From the NCBI GenBank assembly GCA_012518215.1, contig JAAYSV010000008.1:166452-230451 (forward strand): a stretch of DNA of 64,000 nucleotides. The letters run 5' to 3'. Both the position numbers and the translations under genes were made by a program. The notes under the pieces were generated by a model. It did no database searches, had not been told where the DNA came from, and saw only the letters and a list, made by a program, of their open reading frames with translations. Shown here in pieces: positions 8,710-16,563 of the stretch (position 1 is its first letter; each line of letters begins with the position of its first letter). The DNA comes from Bacillota bacterium (GTDB lineage Bacteria; Bacillota; Dethiobacteria; DTU022; PWGO01).

Positions 8710-9852
8710 TTACATCACAGTGTCGATAATTTCCATTATTTCCGCTACCCTCATCTCTTCTTCAAGGCCCAATGCCTTGACAGCATCATCCAGAGTGAGT
8801 ACACAGAAAGGACAGGCTACGGCCACCACCTGTGCCCCCAGTTCTTTCGCATCCTTGATCCTTGTTTCCGCCAGGCGTTCCTCTTTCGATTCCGATTCCA
8901 CCCACATCTTCCCTCCGCCACCTTCACAGCAGAGGCTGCGTTCCCGGGAACGTTCAAATTCAACAAGTTCCACACCGGGGATGCTTTTCAGAATCATCCT
9001 CGGTTCATCAAAAATGAGGCTCTGCTTGCCCAGGAAGCATGGATCATGATAAACGATTCTCTCCTTCAACTCGCCCGAAAAACTCAATTGCTCTTTTTCA
9101 ATCAATTCGGCCAGAAGCTGTGTATAATGTATAACCTCGTGTTTCAGGCCTTCCATTTTCTTCAAAGCAGTCAGGCAATGGGGCGATAGGGTTACAATTC
9201 TTCCGGCGGAGAATTCATTGTATTTCTCCACCGTTTCCTCGGCCATCTCCCAGAAGAGTTCTTCCTCCCCCAGGGCTATGATCTCGCTGCCGCAGCAGGA
9301 TTCATCCTCGCCCAGAAAGGCATAGTCCACACCCGCTTTGTTGAGCAGCTTGACCATGTTTCTGGCTGTCGCCTGTACACGAGGATCGTAGGCAATCGTG
9401 CAGCAGACGAAAAAGAGATTTTCCACCTCCTGATCGGGATCGGCCAGTTTCACGTCCAGCCCATCCATCCAATCGTAACGGAGAGCCTTGGCCTTGTTCC
9501 AGGGGTTTCCTTCCAGGTATGTGCTTTCCAGAGCATCCCTGACAGTCGGCTGAACCTTCCCACTCTCTACCAGAAGATTGCGCAGGCCGAACAGAACCTC
9601 CACCGGTTTCAACCCCTTCGGGCATCTTACCGCGCAGGTATGACATCCGGTACAGTCCCATACTTCGACAAGGTGGGCAAGTTCATCCAGAAGGTCCTCG
9701 TTGTAAGCGTCATATACAAATCGACGTGGATTCAGATTTGTTCTGACTGTAACCGGGCAACCCCCGGTACACTTCCCGCACTGGATACAACCAAGTAAAT
9801 CAAATTTTTCTGTAAAAGAAATGTTTTCAACGCTCATCTTCATACCCCGCAT
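8710..9852 (-). CDS. HdrD/GlcF-like Fe-S oxidoreductase: N-terminal 2x[4Fe-4S] plus two CCG cysteine-rich domains (HdrC+HdrB-like fusion)
   Basis: Motifs present: CIQCGKCTGGCP and CTGCHTCAVRCP, then two CCG motifs (DESCCGSE, SLCCEGGGG) and CPFC. It is adjacent to etfBA, as in the ETF-linked Fe-S oxidoreductases of Syntrophomonas-type genomes. No obvious TM helix. The start could be M1, M4 or M6. Confidence 0.8.
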   Translation of the reverse strand: MRGMKMSVENISFTEKFDLLGCIQCGKCTGGCPVTVRTNLNPRRFVYDAYNEDLLDELAHLVEVWDCTGCHTCAVRCPKGLKPVEVLFGLRNLLVESGKVQPTVRDALESTYLEGNPWNKAKALRYDWMDGLDVKLADPDQEVENLFFVCCTIAYDPRVQATARNMVKLLNKAGVDYAFLGEDESCCGSEIIALGEEELFWEMAEETVEKYNEFSAGRIVTLSPHCLTALKKMEGLKHEVIHYTQLLAELIEKEQLSFSGELKERIVYHDPCFLGKQSLIFDEPRMILKSIPGVELVEFERSRERSLCCEGGGGKMWVESESKEERLAETRIKDAKELGAQVVAVACPFCVLTLDDAVKALGLEEEMRVAEIMEIIDTVM

Positions 9853-10078
9853 AGAGATATATTTTGTTTGCCTCTAGTAAACCGGTTTCGATATAGATTT
9901 TCTACGTTTGAAATTCCAGAAGCAAAAGACCGGACAGCCTTGATTCACCTCCTTTTCAACCCATGATTATTCCAATTATGAACGGAATATAACAAACATC
10001 GATTATGCTTGCCCTGACCCGGTTGGAAATGTTTTCCTGCCGGGATTTGACACGATTGCATAATTCATTTTCTACTCT

Positions 10079-10207
10079 TTCGACATTAATTTGAATAAAT
10101 CCTGCTAAGTATATAGAAATTAAAGAAATATAAAACAAATTAGAAGATAATGTATTTGCGCGAAATATTTTTTTCAAAAAAAGAGGATATTTCCATTTTA
10201 TGTCGAA
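10079..10207. promoter_or_regulatory. AT-rich intergenic region with two Spo0A-box-like heptamers (TTCGACA at 10079-10085, TGTCGAA at 10201-10207)
   Basis: Exact matches to the 0A-box consensus TGTCGAA in opposite orientations. They flank the promoter region shared by the spo0E-like gene and the etf-hdr operon. Confidence 0.25.
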
Positions 10208-10241
10208 ATCAACCAACCGACCCAAAAATCGGGAGGATAAA

Positions 10242-10427
10242 ATGACGATGAAACATGAATTCAGTAATGCGCAGAAGACCAAACATCTTCAGGCAAAAAT
10301 TGAAGGGCTACGCACCAAAATGTACAACACCAGTTTTATCCATGGATGCCCTCTCGATAGCAAGACCATCCGGGCCAGCAAGAATCTGGATAAAGCTATC
10401 AACGAGTACATGAAAATAAAACAGTGA
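10242..10427 (+). CDS. Spo0E-family sporulation regulatory protein (aspartyl-phosphate phosphatase-like), 61 aa
   Basis: MTMKHEFSNAQKTKHLQAKIEGLRTKMYNTSFIHGCPLDSKTIRASKNLDKAINEYMKIKQ fits the Spo0E-like helical hairpin pattern (L..IE.LR..M......G......I..S..LD..I..Y). SD GGGAGGA lies 5 nt before ATG 10242. The ORF track started at 10200. Confidence 0.5.
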   Translation: MTMKHEFSNAQKTKHLQAKIEGLRTKMYNTSFIHGCPLDSKTIRASKNLDKAINEYMKIKQ

Positions 10428-10443
10428 TTCAAAGGCCACGGAT

Positions 10444-11487
10444 CTATTTTTCCACAACGAGCAAACTGCCTGAATAATCAAGGACTTCTCCGACTGTATA
10501 ACAGCCAAGGCCTGCTCCGGTCATGGCATCTGTCAACCCCGGCAGCCGTGCAGGTGGTACGGACATAAGAAGCCCTCCGGATGTCTGCGGGTCAGCCATG
10601 AGCATCAACTTGCTGTCATCATCTACCATTATTTCCATTCTGGGCCGGTAAAAATCCAGGTTGCGGTAGGTACCGCCGGGAACAAAACCTTTTTCGAATA
10701 GCTCCTCCGTCCGGGGGTAAAGAGGCAGTGAACCCTGCCTGAGTTTGATGGAAACACGGCTTGATTCGGCCATCTCCGCTGCATGCCCCAGCAGTCCGAA
10801 ACCGGTAACATCCGTACAGGCGGAAACCCCGGACTGCTTCATGATCCGCGCAGCTCCATCATTCAACGCGGACATCCCGTCAAGAGCCTCTGCCACCTCC
10901 TCTTCCCTGACTGCCCCCCCTTTCAGGGCAGTGGTAATGATGCCGGTCCCTATGGGCTTGCTGAGTACCAGAACTTCTCCCGGCCGGGCTCCCGAAATGG
11001 TGACGAGTTCGCGTGGGTCTACCAGGCCCGTGACAGCCAGCCCGTATTTGGGTTCATCATCCTCGATGCTATGCCCTCCAACCACGACCGCTCCGGCTTC
11101 CTGGATTTTCACATGGCCGCCATGAAGAATATCTTTCAAAATATTACTTTTCAATTTTTGGCAAGGGAAAGAAACTATATTCAAAGCAGTAAGGGGTGTT
11201 CCGCCAACCGCGTAGATATCTCCCAGGGCGTTTGCCGCCGCGATCAAACCAAACAGGTAGGGATCGTCCACCACCGGGGTAAAATAATCGACCGATTGTA
11301 CCAGGGCGGTATCCTCTGCAATTTGAAATATTCCCGCGTCGGAGTTTTTTTCCTCACGGTTCAAGAAACGCCGATCCTCCGGCAGGGGCAATTGACGCAG
11401 AACCTGCGCCAGGGTCTCCGGACCTATCTTGGCTGCTCACCCGGCGCTACGTGCCAACGAGGTCAACCTCATTTTTTTCTCCGACAT
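10444..11487 (-). CDS. selD: Selenide,water dikinase (selenophosphate synthetase), selenocysteine-containing: in-frame TGA (Sec) at 11437-11439, codon 17
   Basis: ORF track gives 10444..11391 only. Reading upstream in frame gives MSEKKMRLTSLARSAG-U-AAKIGPETLAQVLRQLPLPEDRRFLN..., which aligns with E. coli SelD [23 protein letters not shown]; the UGA replaces Cys17. SD AAGGGGTG lies before ATG 11485-11487. The rest (SVDYFTPVVDDPYLFGLIAAANALGDIYAVGG...) is canonical SelD. Confidence 0.85.
11380..11436 (-). promoter_or_regulatory. Candidate SECIS region immediately 3' of the selD UGA
   Basis: mRNA: UGA GCAGCCAAGAUAGGUCCGGAGACCCUGGCGCAGGUUCUGC. A GGUC-CGGA-GACC hairpin starts 14 nt after UGA with outer GCAG...CUGC complementarity. 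The structure was not folded computationally. Confidence 0.3.
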
Positions 11488-11501
11488 CTGCCCACCCCTT
11501 T

Positions 11502-13415
11502 TCAAAGTTTCCAGGGTACACGATAATCCCCCACCCTTTTCGTGTACTTCTTCTGGTCAAAATGTTCCAGCAATGCTTGCATGTATTTCCGCGAACTCTG
11601 CAGGCAGTCACGAAATTGAGCCATCGTAAGCCGATCATGTTGGCGAAAATGATCCCGCAACATCTCCAGTGCCTCTTCATACAGATCCTGGAGCAGATAC
11701 ATATCTTCACTTATTTTGATTATCCAACCGCGATCGCTCATGTATTCCAGCAGAGATTCGAGGTCAGCAATCTTCCGGTCAGTGGAAGCCGCTATTTCTC
11801 TTGCCGGAGGAGGCTGGAACCGTGCTTCGCTCAGAATCGACTTGATCTTGCTGATGAAAATCTCCTCGCCGGGTGTCAGTTCAGGTACAAAACCGGCTCT
11901 GCAAACCTTCTCTCCCTGACAGCTCACCACCCCTTTGGCCTCCAGATTGTCCAGGAAAGCATCGTATTCCCTGATGGAGAGTTCTGCCGGAATTACGCCC
12001 CTCAACTGCGCCCGCGGAACCCCGGCCAGAAGAGGATGCTTGCGATGATAGTCATCCAGAAAAGCAGTTACCTCCTCTTCCCATTTTTCCAGCGTTTCCG
12101 CCGTTATATAACTGCCCCCCAGATCCATGATCTTTCCCTCATCCTTCAGTTCCCCGATAAGTGATTCCAGCTTCTCCTTTCCCAACCGGGCCATCGTTTC
12201 AAGCCGTGAAAAATCGGCCACTTTCAACTGGCTTATCTTCTGGACCACGTATGATCTGTCCGTTCCGGAAGTCAGAATCTCTCTCTCCAGTTCCCGGAGG
12301 GTTTTTATGATTGTGCGGCGGGCGCGGCGCGGCCTCCTTTCCGAGAAAGGGTCGAGGACCATCCCCCCACCAATCGTCACCACCGGCGAATAGGAGCGGA
12401 TGATGAAACGGTCCTTCCTGTCGGCGACCAGCGGCGACTCCAACCTGAGCTGGACAAGCCCCCTTTCCCCGGGCCGCAGGATCTCTTTATCCAGAATAGC
12501 CATACGCGCCACCACCCGGGACGTGCCAAGATAAAGATGCAGGGGGTCCAGGTTCTTCACGTCCCTGGTAACTCTATTCAATATCGTCACGGAGGCATCG
12601 AGCATCGATGTCCGCCTGAAATAACCCGGGGAACAGATCACGCTTCCCCGTTCCAGTTCACTCTTTTCCACCCCCGAAAGATTTATGGCCACCCTGTGTC
12701 CGGCAAAAGCTTCCTTGACACCGTGATTGAAAACCTCGATGTTGCGCACGCGCGCTTTCTCCCCCGCGGGCAACACTTCCACGATATCACCGATGCCCAC
12801 GCGCCCCTGGATGAGCGTGCCCGTCACTATCGTGCCAAACCCGGATATGATGAAGGAACGGTCAACGGGAAGCCGCATCGGTGCATTCAGGTCGCGGGGT
12901 GCGACCATCCTTGTAAGCCGATCAAGCATCGCCCGCAATTCCTCTATCCCGGATCCGGTTACCGCCGAAACCCGGCAGAAAGGGGCTTCCTGCAGGAAAG
13001 TACCCCGAAGTTCTCCTCGCACCTCTTCCTCCACCATGTCCAACCATTCTTCATCGACAAGGTCGATTTTGGTCAGCACGACCAGTCCTTTTTCCAGTCC
13101 CAGCAATTGCAGAATGTTGAGGTGTTCGCGGGTCTGGGCCATAACTCCCTCGGAGGCATCGATCACCAGCAGTACAAGATCTATGCCCGCGGTACCCGCC
13201 AGCATATTGTTGATAAATCTTTCGTGGCCCGGAACATCTATTATTCCCGCTACCCGGCCTCCGGACAAAGAAAAAGAAGCAAAACCCAGATCGATGGAGA
13301 TGCCCCTTTCCTTTTCTTCCTTGAGCCGATCCGTGTCCACCCCGGTAATCGCACTGATCAGCGCCGTCTTGCCATGGTCAACATGGCCGGCCGTACCGAT
13401 TATCACCGCATCCAA
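11502..13415 (-). CDS. selB: Selenocysteine-specific translation elongation factor SelB
   Basis: MDAVIIGTAGHVDHGKTALI... with GTPase G1-G4 motifs and a long winged-helix C-terminus. TTG start with SD GGAGTG 7 nt upstream. It lies 14 nt upstream of selD. Confidence 0.9.
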   Translation of the reverse strand: MDAVIIGTAGHVDHGKTALISAITGVDTDRLKEEKERGISIDLGFASFSLSGGRVAGIIDVPGHERFINNMLAGTAGIDLVLLVIDASEGVMAQTREHLNILQLLGLEKGLVVLTKIDLVDEEWLDMVEEEVRGELRGTFLQEAPFCRVSAVTGSGIEELRAMLDRLTRMVAPRDLNAPMRLPVDRSFIISGFGTIVTGTLIQGRVGIGDIVEVLPAGEKARVRNIEVFNHGVKEAFAGHRVAINLSGVEKSELERGSVICSPGYFRRTSMLDASVTILNRVTRDVKNLDPLHLYLGTSRVVARMAILDKEILRPGERGLVQLRLESPLVADRKDRFIIRSYSPVVTIGGGMVLDPFSERRPRRARRTIIKTLRELEREILTSGTDRSYVVQKISQLKVADFSRLETMARLGKEKLESLIGELKDEGKIMDLGGSYITAETLEKWEEEVTAFLDDYHRKHPLLAGVPRAQLRGVIPAELSIREYDAFLDNLEAKGVVSCQGEKVCRAGFVPELTPGEEIFISKIKSILSEARFQPPPAREIAASTDRKIADLESLLEYMSDRGWIIKISEDMYLLQDLYEEALEMLRDHFRQHDRLTMAQFRDCLQSSRKYMQALLEHFDQKKYTKRVGDYRVPWKL

Positions 13416-13452
13416 TTCTTATCACTCCGCACCATAGAGATTGTTTTTTGAT

Positions 13453-14871
13453 CTATTCCCCGGGATTTACCGCCTTCATCATCACGGTAACAATTTCTTC
13501 CTCCTGTCCGGGCAAAACGGTCCGCAAATCCAGAAGCAAATGTTCCTGGTGGACCCTCGCTATCAGGGGGGGGTCTCCCCACCGCAATCTTTTCATCAAC
13601 TCCTCCGCCGAAATGTCCCCGGATCGGTAGGAGATCAGATACGTGGGCAATTCTGCCAGGGGCATGGCTCCACCCCCCACACAGGAGGTCCCTTTCATTA
13701 TCTGCCAATCCCCTGCCTTGACCTGCTGTTTCAAACGGCGCAGCAAACGGTCAGCCCTCGCCTTCAGGTCACGGGTATCAGCGGTCAACATCCCCAGAAC
13801 GGGAATTTCACATCGGGCCTTCTCGTGGTCATGATAGAGGCGTAAAGTCGCCTCCATGGCCGCGATGGTTAGTTTATCAACGCGCAATGCCCTTGACAGC
13901 TGGTTATCACGCAACCGCCGGATCAGGTCCCTGTCCCCTACAATTATCCCTGCCTGCGGTCCGCCAAGGATCTTGTCCCCGCTGAATGAGACTGCCCCGA
14001 CACCCTCTTCGAGGCATTCTTGCACGGTGGGTTCCGGAGGCAACCCGTATTCGGTGAGATCATAAAAAGCCCCACTGCCCAGATCTTCCACCACCGGCAA
14101 GCCAACCTGCCGACCCAGGGAAACCAGTTCTTTCCGGGAAACCTCCTCCGTAAAACCAATGATACGATAATTGCTTGTATGTACCTTCAGGAGCAATGCA
14201 GTCCGATCAGAAATGGCTCTTTCATAATCATGCCGGTAACATTTGTTCGTAGTTCCCACTTCCACCAGCGTTGCCCCGCTGGCTTTCATGACATCGGGAA
14301 CACGGAACCCTCCCCCTATCTCGACCAGTTGCCCGCGGGAAACGATAACTTCCCTATCCCTGGCCAAAGTATTGAGAAGAAGCAATACCGCCGCGGCATT
14401 GTTGTTGACAATCAGGGAAGCTTCCGCCCCGGTCAAGGTGCATACCAGCCCCTCCACGTGGGCCAGCCGTGAATCCCTCCGGCCACTTTCCAGCGAAAGT
14501 TCAAGATTGGAATACTGCCCCGCCGTGGATGTAACTGCGTGGATAGCCTGTTCGGCCAGCGGCGCCCGCCCCAGATTGGTATGCAATATAACCCCTGTTG
14601 CATTGATCACATGGCGCAGCCCGGAAAAAAACCGCAGCCTTGCCCTTTCCGCGGCTTCGGCAGCAATCACGGCGGGGTCGATGGCCAGGTTTTCAAGTTC
14701 CTCGCCGGAGGAAGAAGCGATGATTTTCTCTCTGAAATGATCTATGCTCTCGCGTGAAACTTCGAGCAGGAGACCGTGGGGAATCCGATTCGCGATTTTT
14801 TGCAGGGGCTCTTCCTGCAAGATACGGTCCACCGCCGGCAAGGCCCTGAGAAAAGAGTTTTTAACGTCCAT
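13453..14871 (-). CDS. selA: L-seryl-tRNA(Sec) selenium transferase
   Basis: ORF 13453..14901 trimmed to ATG 14871 (SD AGAGGTG, spacer 5). The sequence MDVKNSFLRALPAVDRILQEEPL... is a typical SelA N-terminus. Confidence 0.9.
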   Translation of the reverse strand: MDVKNSFLRALPAVDRILQEEPLQKIANRIPHGLLLEVSRESIDHFREKIIASSSGEELENLAIDPAVIAAEAAERARLRFFSGLRHVINATGVILHTNLGRAPLAEQAIHAVTSTAGQYSNLELSLESGRRDSRLAHVEGLVCTLTGAEASLIVNNNAAAVLLLLNTLARDREVIVSRGQLVEIGGGFRVPDVMKASGATLVEVGTTNKCYRHDYERAISDRTALLLKVHTSNYRIIGFTEEVSRKELVSLGRQVGLPVVEDLGSGAFYDLTEYGLPPEPTVQECLEEGVGAVSFSGDKILGGPQAGIIVGDRDLIRRLRDNQLSRALRVDKLTIAAMEATLRLYHDHEKARCEIPVLGMLTADTRDLKARADRLLRRLKQQVKAGDWQIMKGTSCVGGGAMPLAELPTYLISYRSGDISAEELMKRLRWGDPPLIARVHQEHLLLDLRTVLPGQEEEIVTVMMKAVNPGE

Positions 14872-14905
14872 CCCGACACCTCTGACATATGATTTGATCA
14901 TTTAC

Positions 14906-14922
14906 TAAAAACTATCATACCA
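14906..14922 (-). promoter_or_regulatory. Candidate extended -10 promoter (TGgTATGAT) for selA-selB-selD
   Basis: Minus strand: ...TTGTGGTATGATAG... about 40 nt upstream of the selA ATG. No good -35 element. Confidence 0.3.
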
Positions 14923-15158
14923 CAAAACAATGGAATGATTAATCGAAGTGGCCAGTTACGGAAGATCCGCCCGGGCTGCAACCTGCATCCCCGTGGCCTC
15001 CGGGGAAAAGATGGGCCCTGTCGGAAGCCGTTCGCCGCCTCCGGAGTAAAGATGGAAAGGCCGACAATCCATCAAAAACTGGCCTTGCAAAAGCTCCCAT
15101 AACCATGCGGAAAGGGCGGTGAGGCCTCTCCCTGATGGAAGCAAAACGGCCAACAAGA

Positions 15159-15182
15159 CAGCCGGACCAAACCGGCTGTCTG
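15159..15182 (-). terminator. Intrinsic terminator downstream of thiolase gene
   Basis: Minus strand: GACAGCCGG-UUUGGU-CCGGCUGUC, a perfect 9-bp stem, followed by UUGUUGGCCGUUUUGCUU. Confidence 0.55.
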
Positions 15183-15266
15183 CATCCCGCCCTGTTTTTC
15201 TGGTAGAATCACTGGCCGCGATTCGATCAACGCAACACCCGTTTGCCGGAACTGATCACGTACAGA

Positions 15267-16448
15267 TTACATCCCTTTCACCAGCGTGGCAACGCCCTGC
15301 CCGCCTCCGATACAGAGAGAAGCGACACCCAGGTTGCTTTTTCTTCTCCTCATCTCGAAAATCAAAGTGATGAAGATCCTGGCGCCGCTGGCCCCGATAG
15401 GATGGCCCAGAGCAATCGCCCCGCCGTTGACGTTGACAATCTCCGGGTTCACCTGCAGCTCTTTCAGTACAGCCAGGGATTGGGAAGCAAAAGCTTCATT
15501 CAATTCAAAAAGATCGATATCTTCAACGGAGAGGCCGGTCTTCTTGAACAGGCGCCGGCAAGCAGCTATGGGGCCGGTTCCCATCACCCGGGGTTCAACC
15601 CCCGCCGAGGCAAAATTGATCACCTCCACCATGGGCTTCAGGCCAAGCTTCCCCACCACCCTGCCGGAAGCAAGGACCACTGCAGCAGCACTGTCGTTGA
15701 TGCCCGAAGCGTTGCCTGCCGTAACCGTACCATCTTTTTTGAATGCCGGGCGAAGGGCCGCCAGTTTTTCCAGGGTTGTCCCCCGCCGGGGATGTTCATC
15801 GGTGCTGAAAGGCAGCGGTTCACCCTTTCTCTGCGGGACAGGCACGGGTATTATCTCATCATCAAACCTTCCTTCATCAATGGCGGCGATGGCCCTGTGC
15901 TGGCTCTGCAAGGCAAAAAGGTCCTGATCTTCCCTGCTGATATTGTAATCATCCGCAATATTCTCGGCCGTGATCCCCATGTGTATGTCCTCGAACGCAC
16001 ACCAGAGGCCATCCAGAATCATCGCGTCCTGCATCACCGTATGCCCCATCCGCCCCCCCCATCTGGCCATCGGCGCGAGATAGGGAGCCGCACTCATATT
16101 CTCCATCCCCCCGGCCACAACGATATCTGCATCCCCGAGCATGATGCTCTGGGCACCCAGATTGATCGCCTTCAGCCCGGAACCGCAGACCTTGTTTACC
16201 GTCAATACCGGTACTTCCACGGGTATCCCGGCATTGACAGCAGCCTGTCGGCCGGAACTCTGCCCGAGCCCCGCTTGCAGAACATTGCCCATGATCACTT
16301 CATCCACATCTTTCTTGTCCAATCCCGCCCTTTTCAGCGCTTCCTCGATGACAATAGAGCCGAGCTTCACCGCCGTTACATCTCTCAAGGACCCACCGAA
16401 GCTACCTACCGCTGTTCGCACCGCACCTACCACATATACTTTCTCCAC
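15267..16448 (-). CDS. Acetyl-CoA C-acetyltransferase (thiolase II)
   Basis: ORF 15267..16460. I prefer GTG 16446-16448 (SD GAGGTGA, spacer 8), giving MEKVYVVGAVRTAVGSFGGSLRDV..., which matches the clostridial ThlA N-terminus. Catalytic Cys in NKVCGSGLKA; C-terminal GHPIGASGARI...CIGGGQG. Confidence 0.9.
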   Translation of the reverse strand: MEKVYVVGAVRTAVGSFGGSLRDVTAVKLGSIVIEEALKRAGLDKKDVDEVIMGNVLQAGLGQSSGRQAAVNAGIPVEVPVLTVNKVCGSGLKAINLGAQSIMLGDADIVVAGGMENMSAAPYLAPMARWGGRMGHTVMQDAMILDGLWCAFEDIHMGITAENIADDYNISREDQDLFALQSQHRAIAAIDEGRFDDEIIPVPVPQRKGEPLPFSTDEHPRRGTTLEKLAALRPAFKKDGTVTAGNASGINDSAAAVVLASGRVVGKLGLKPMVEVINFASAGVEPRVMGTGPIAACRRLFKKTGLSVEDIDLFELNEAFASQSLAVLKELQVNPEIVNVNGGAIALGHPIGASGARIFITLIFEMRRRKSNLGVASLCIGGGQGVATLVKGM

Positions 16449-16494
16449 TTGCAGTTTCACCTCTGATTCTATATGTTAAAAAATTGCCCCTGGT

Positions 16495-16532
16495 TCATAA
16501 AAAGGCGGGTGGCGTAACCAACGCCGCCCGCC
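16495..16532 (-). terminator. Intrinsic terminator between acyl-CoA dehydrogenase and thiolase genes
   Basis: GGCGGGCGGCG-UUGGUUA-CGCCACCCGCC, an 11-bp GC-rich stem, followed on the minus strand by CUUUUUAUGA. Confidence 0.65.
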
Positions 16533-16563
16533 TCTTTCAACTCCCGCTTACCCTTTCAACAGT

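Noticed and set aside
9956-10282. 108-aa minus-strand ORF in the AT-rich region
   Set aside because: Low-complexity Ile/Phe/Asn-rich translation of AT-rich promoter DNA. It overlaps the better-supported Spo0E-like gene.
14958-15060. Possible second tRNA-Sec (sequence begins GGAAGATCC like E. coli selC)
   Set aside because: No complementary 3' acceptor strand (GATCTTCC-GCCA), no UCA anticodon loop and no T-arm. The real tRNA-Sec is at 22115-22210.
15243-16466. 407-aa plus-strand ORF
   Set aside because: Antisense to the thiolase gene. Its translation is low-complexity (Pro/His/Arg rich).
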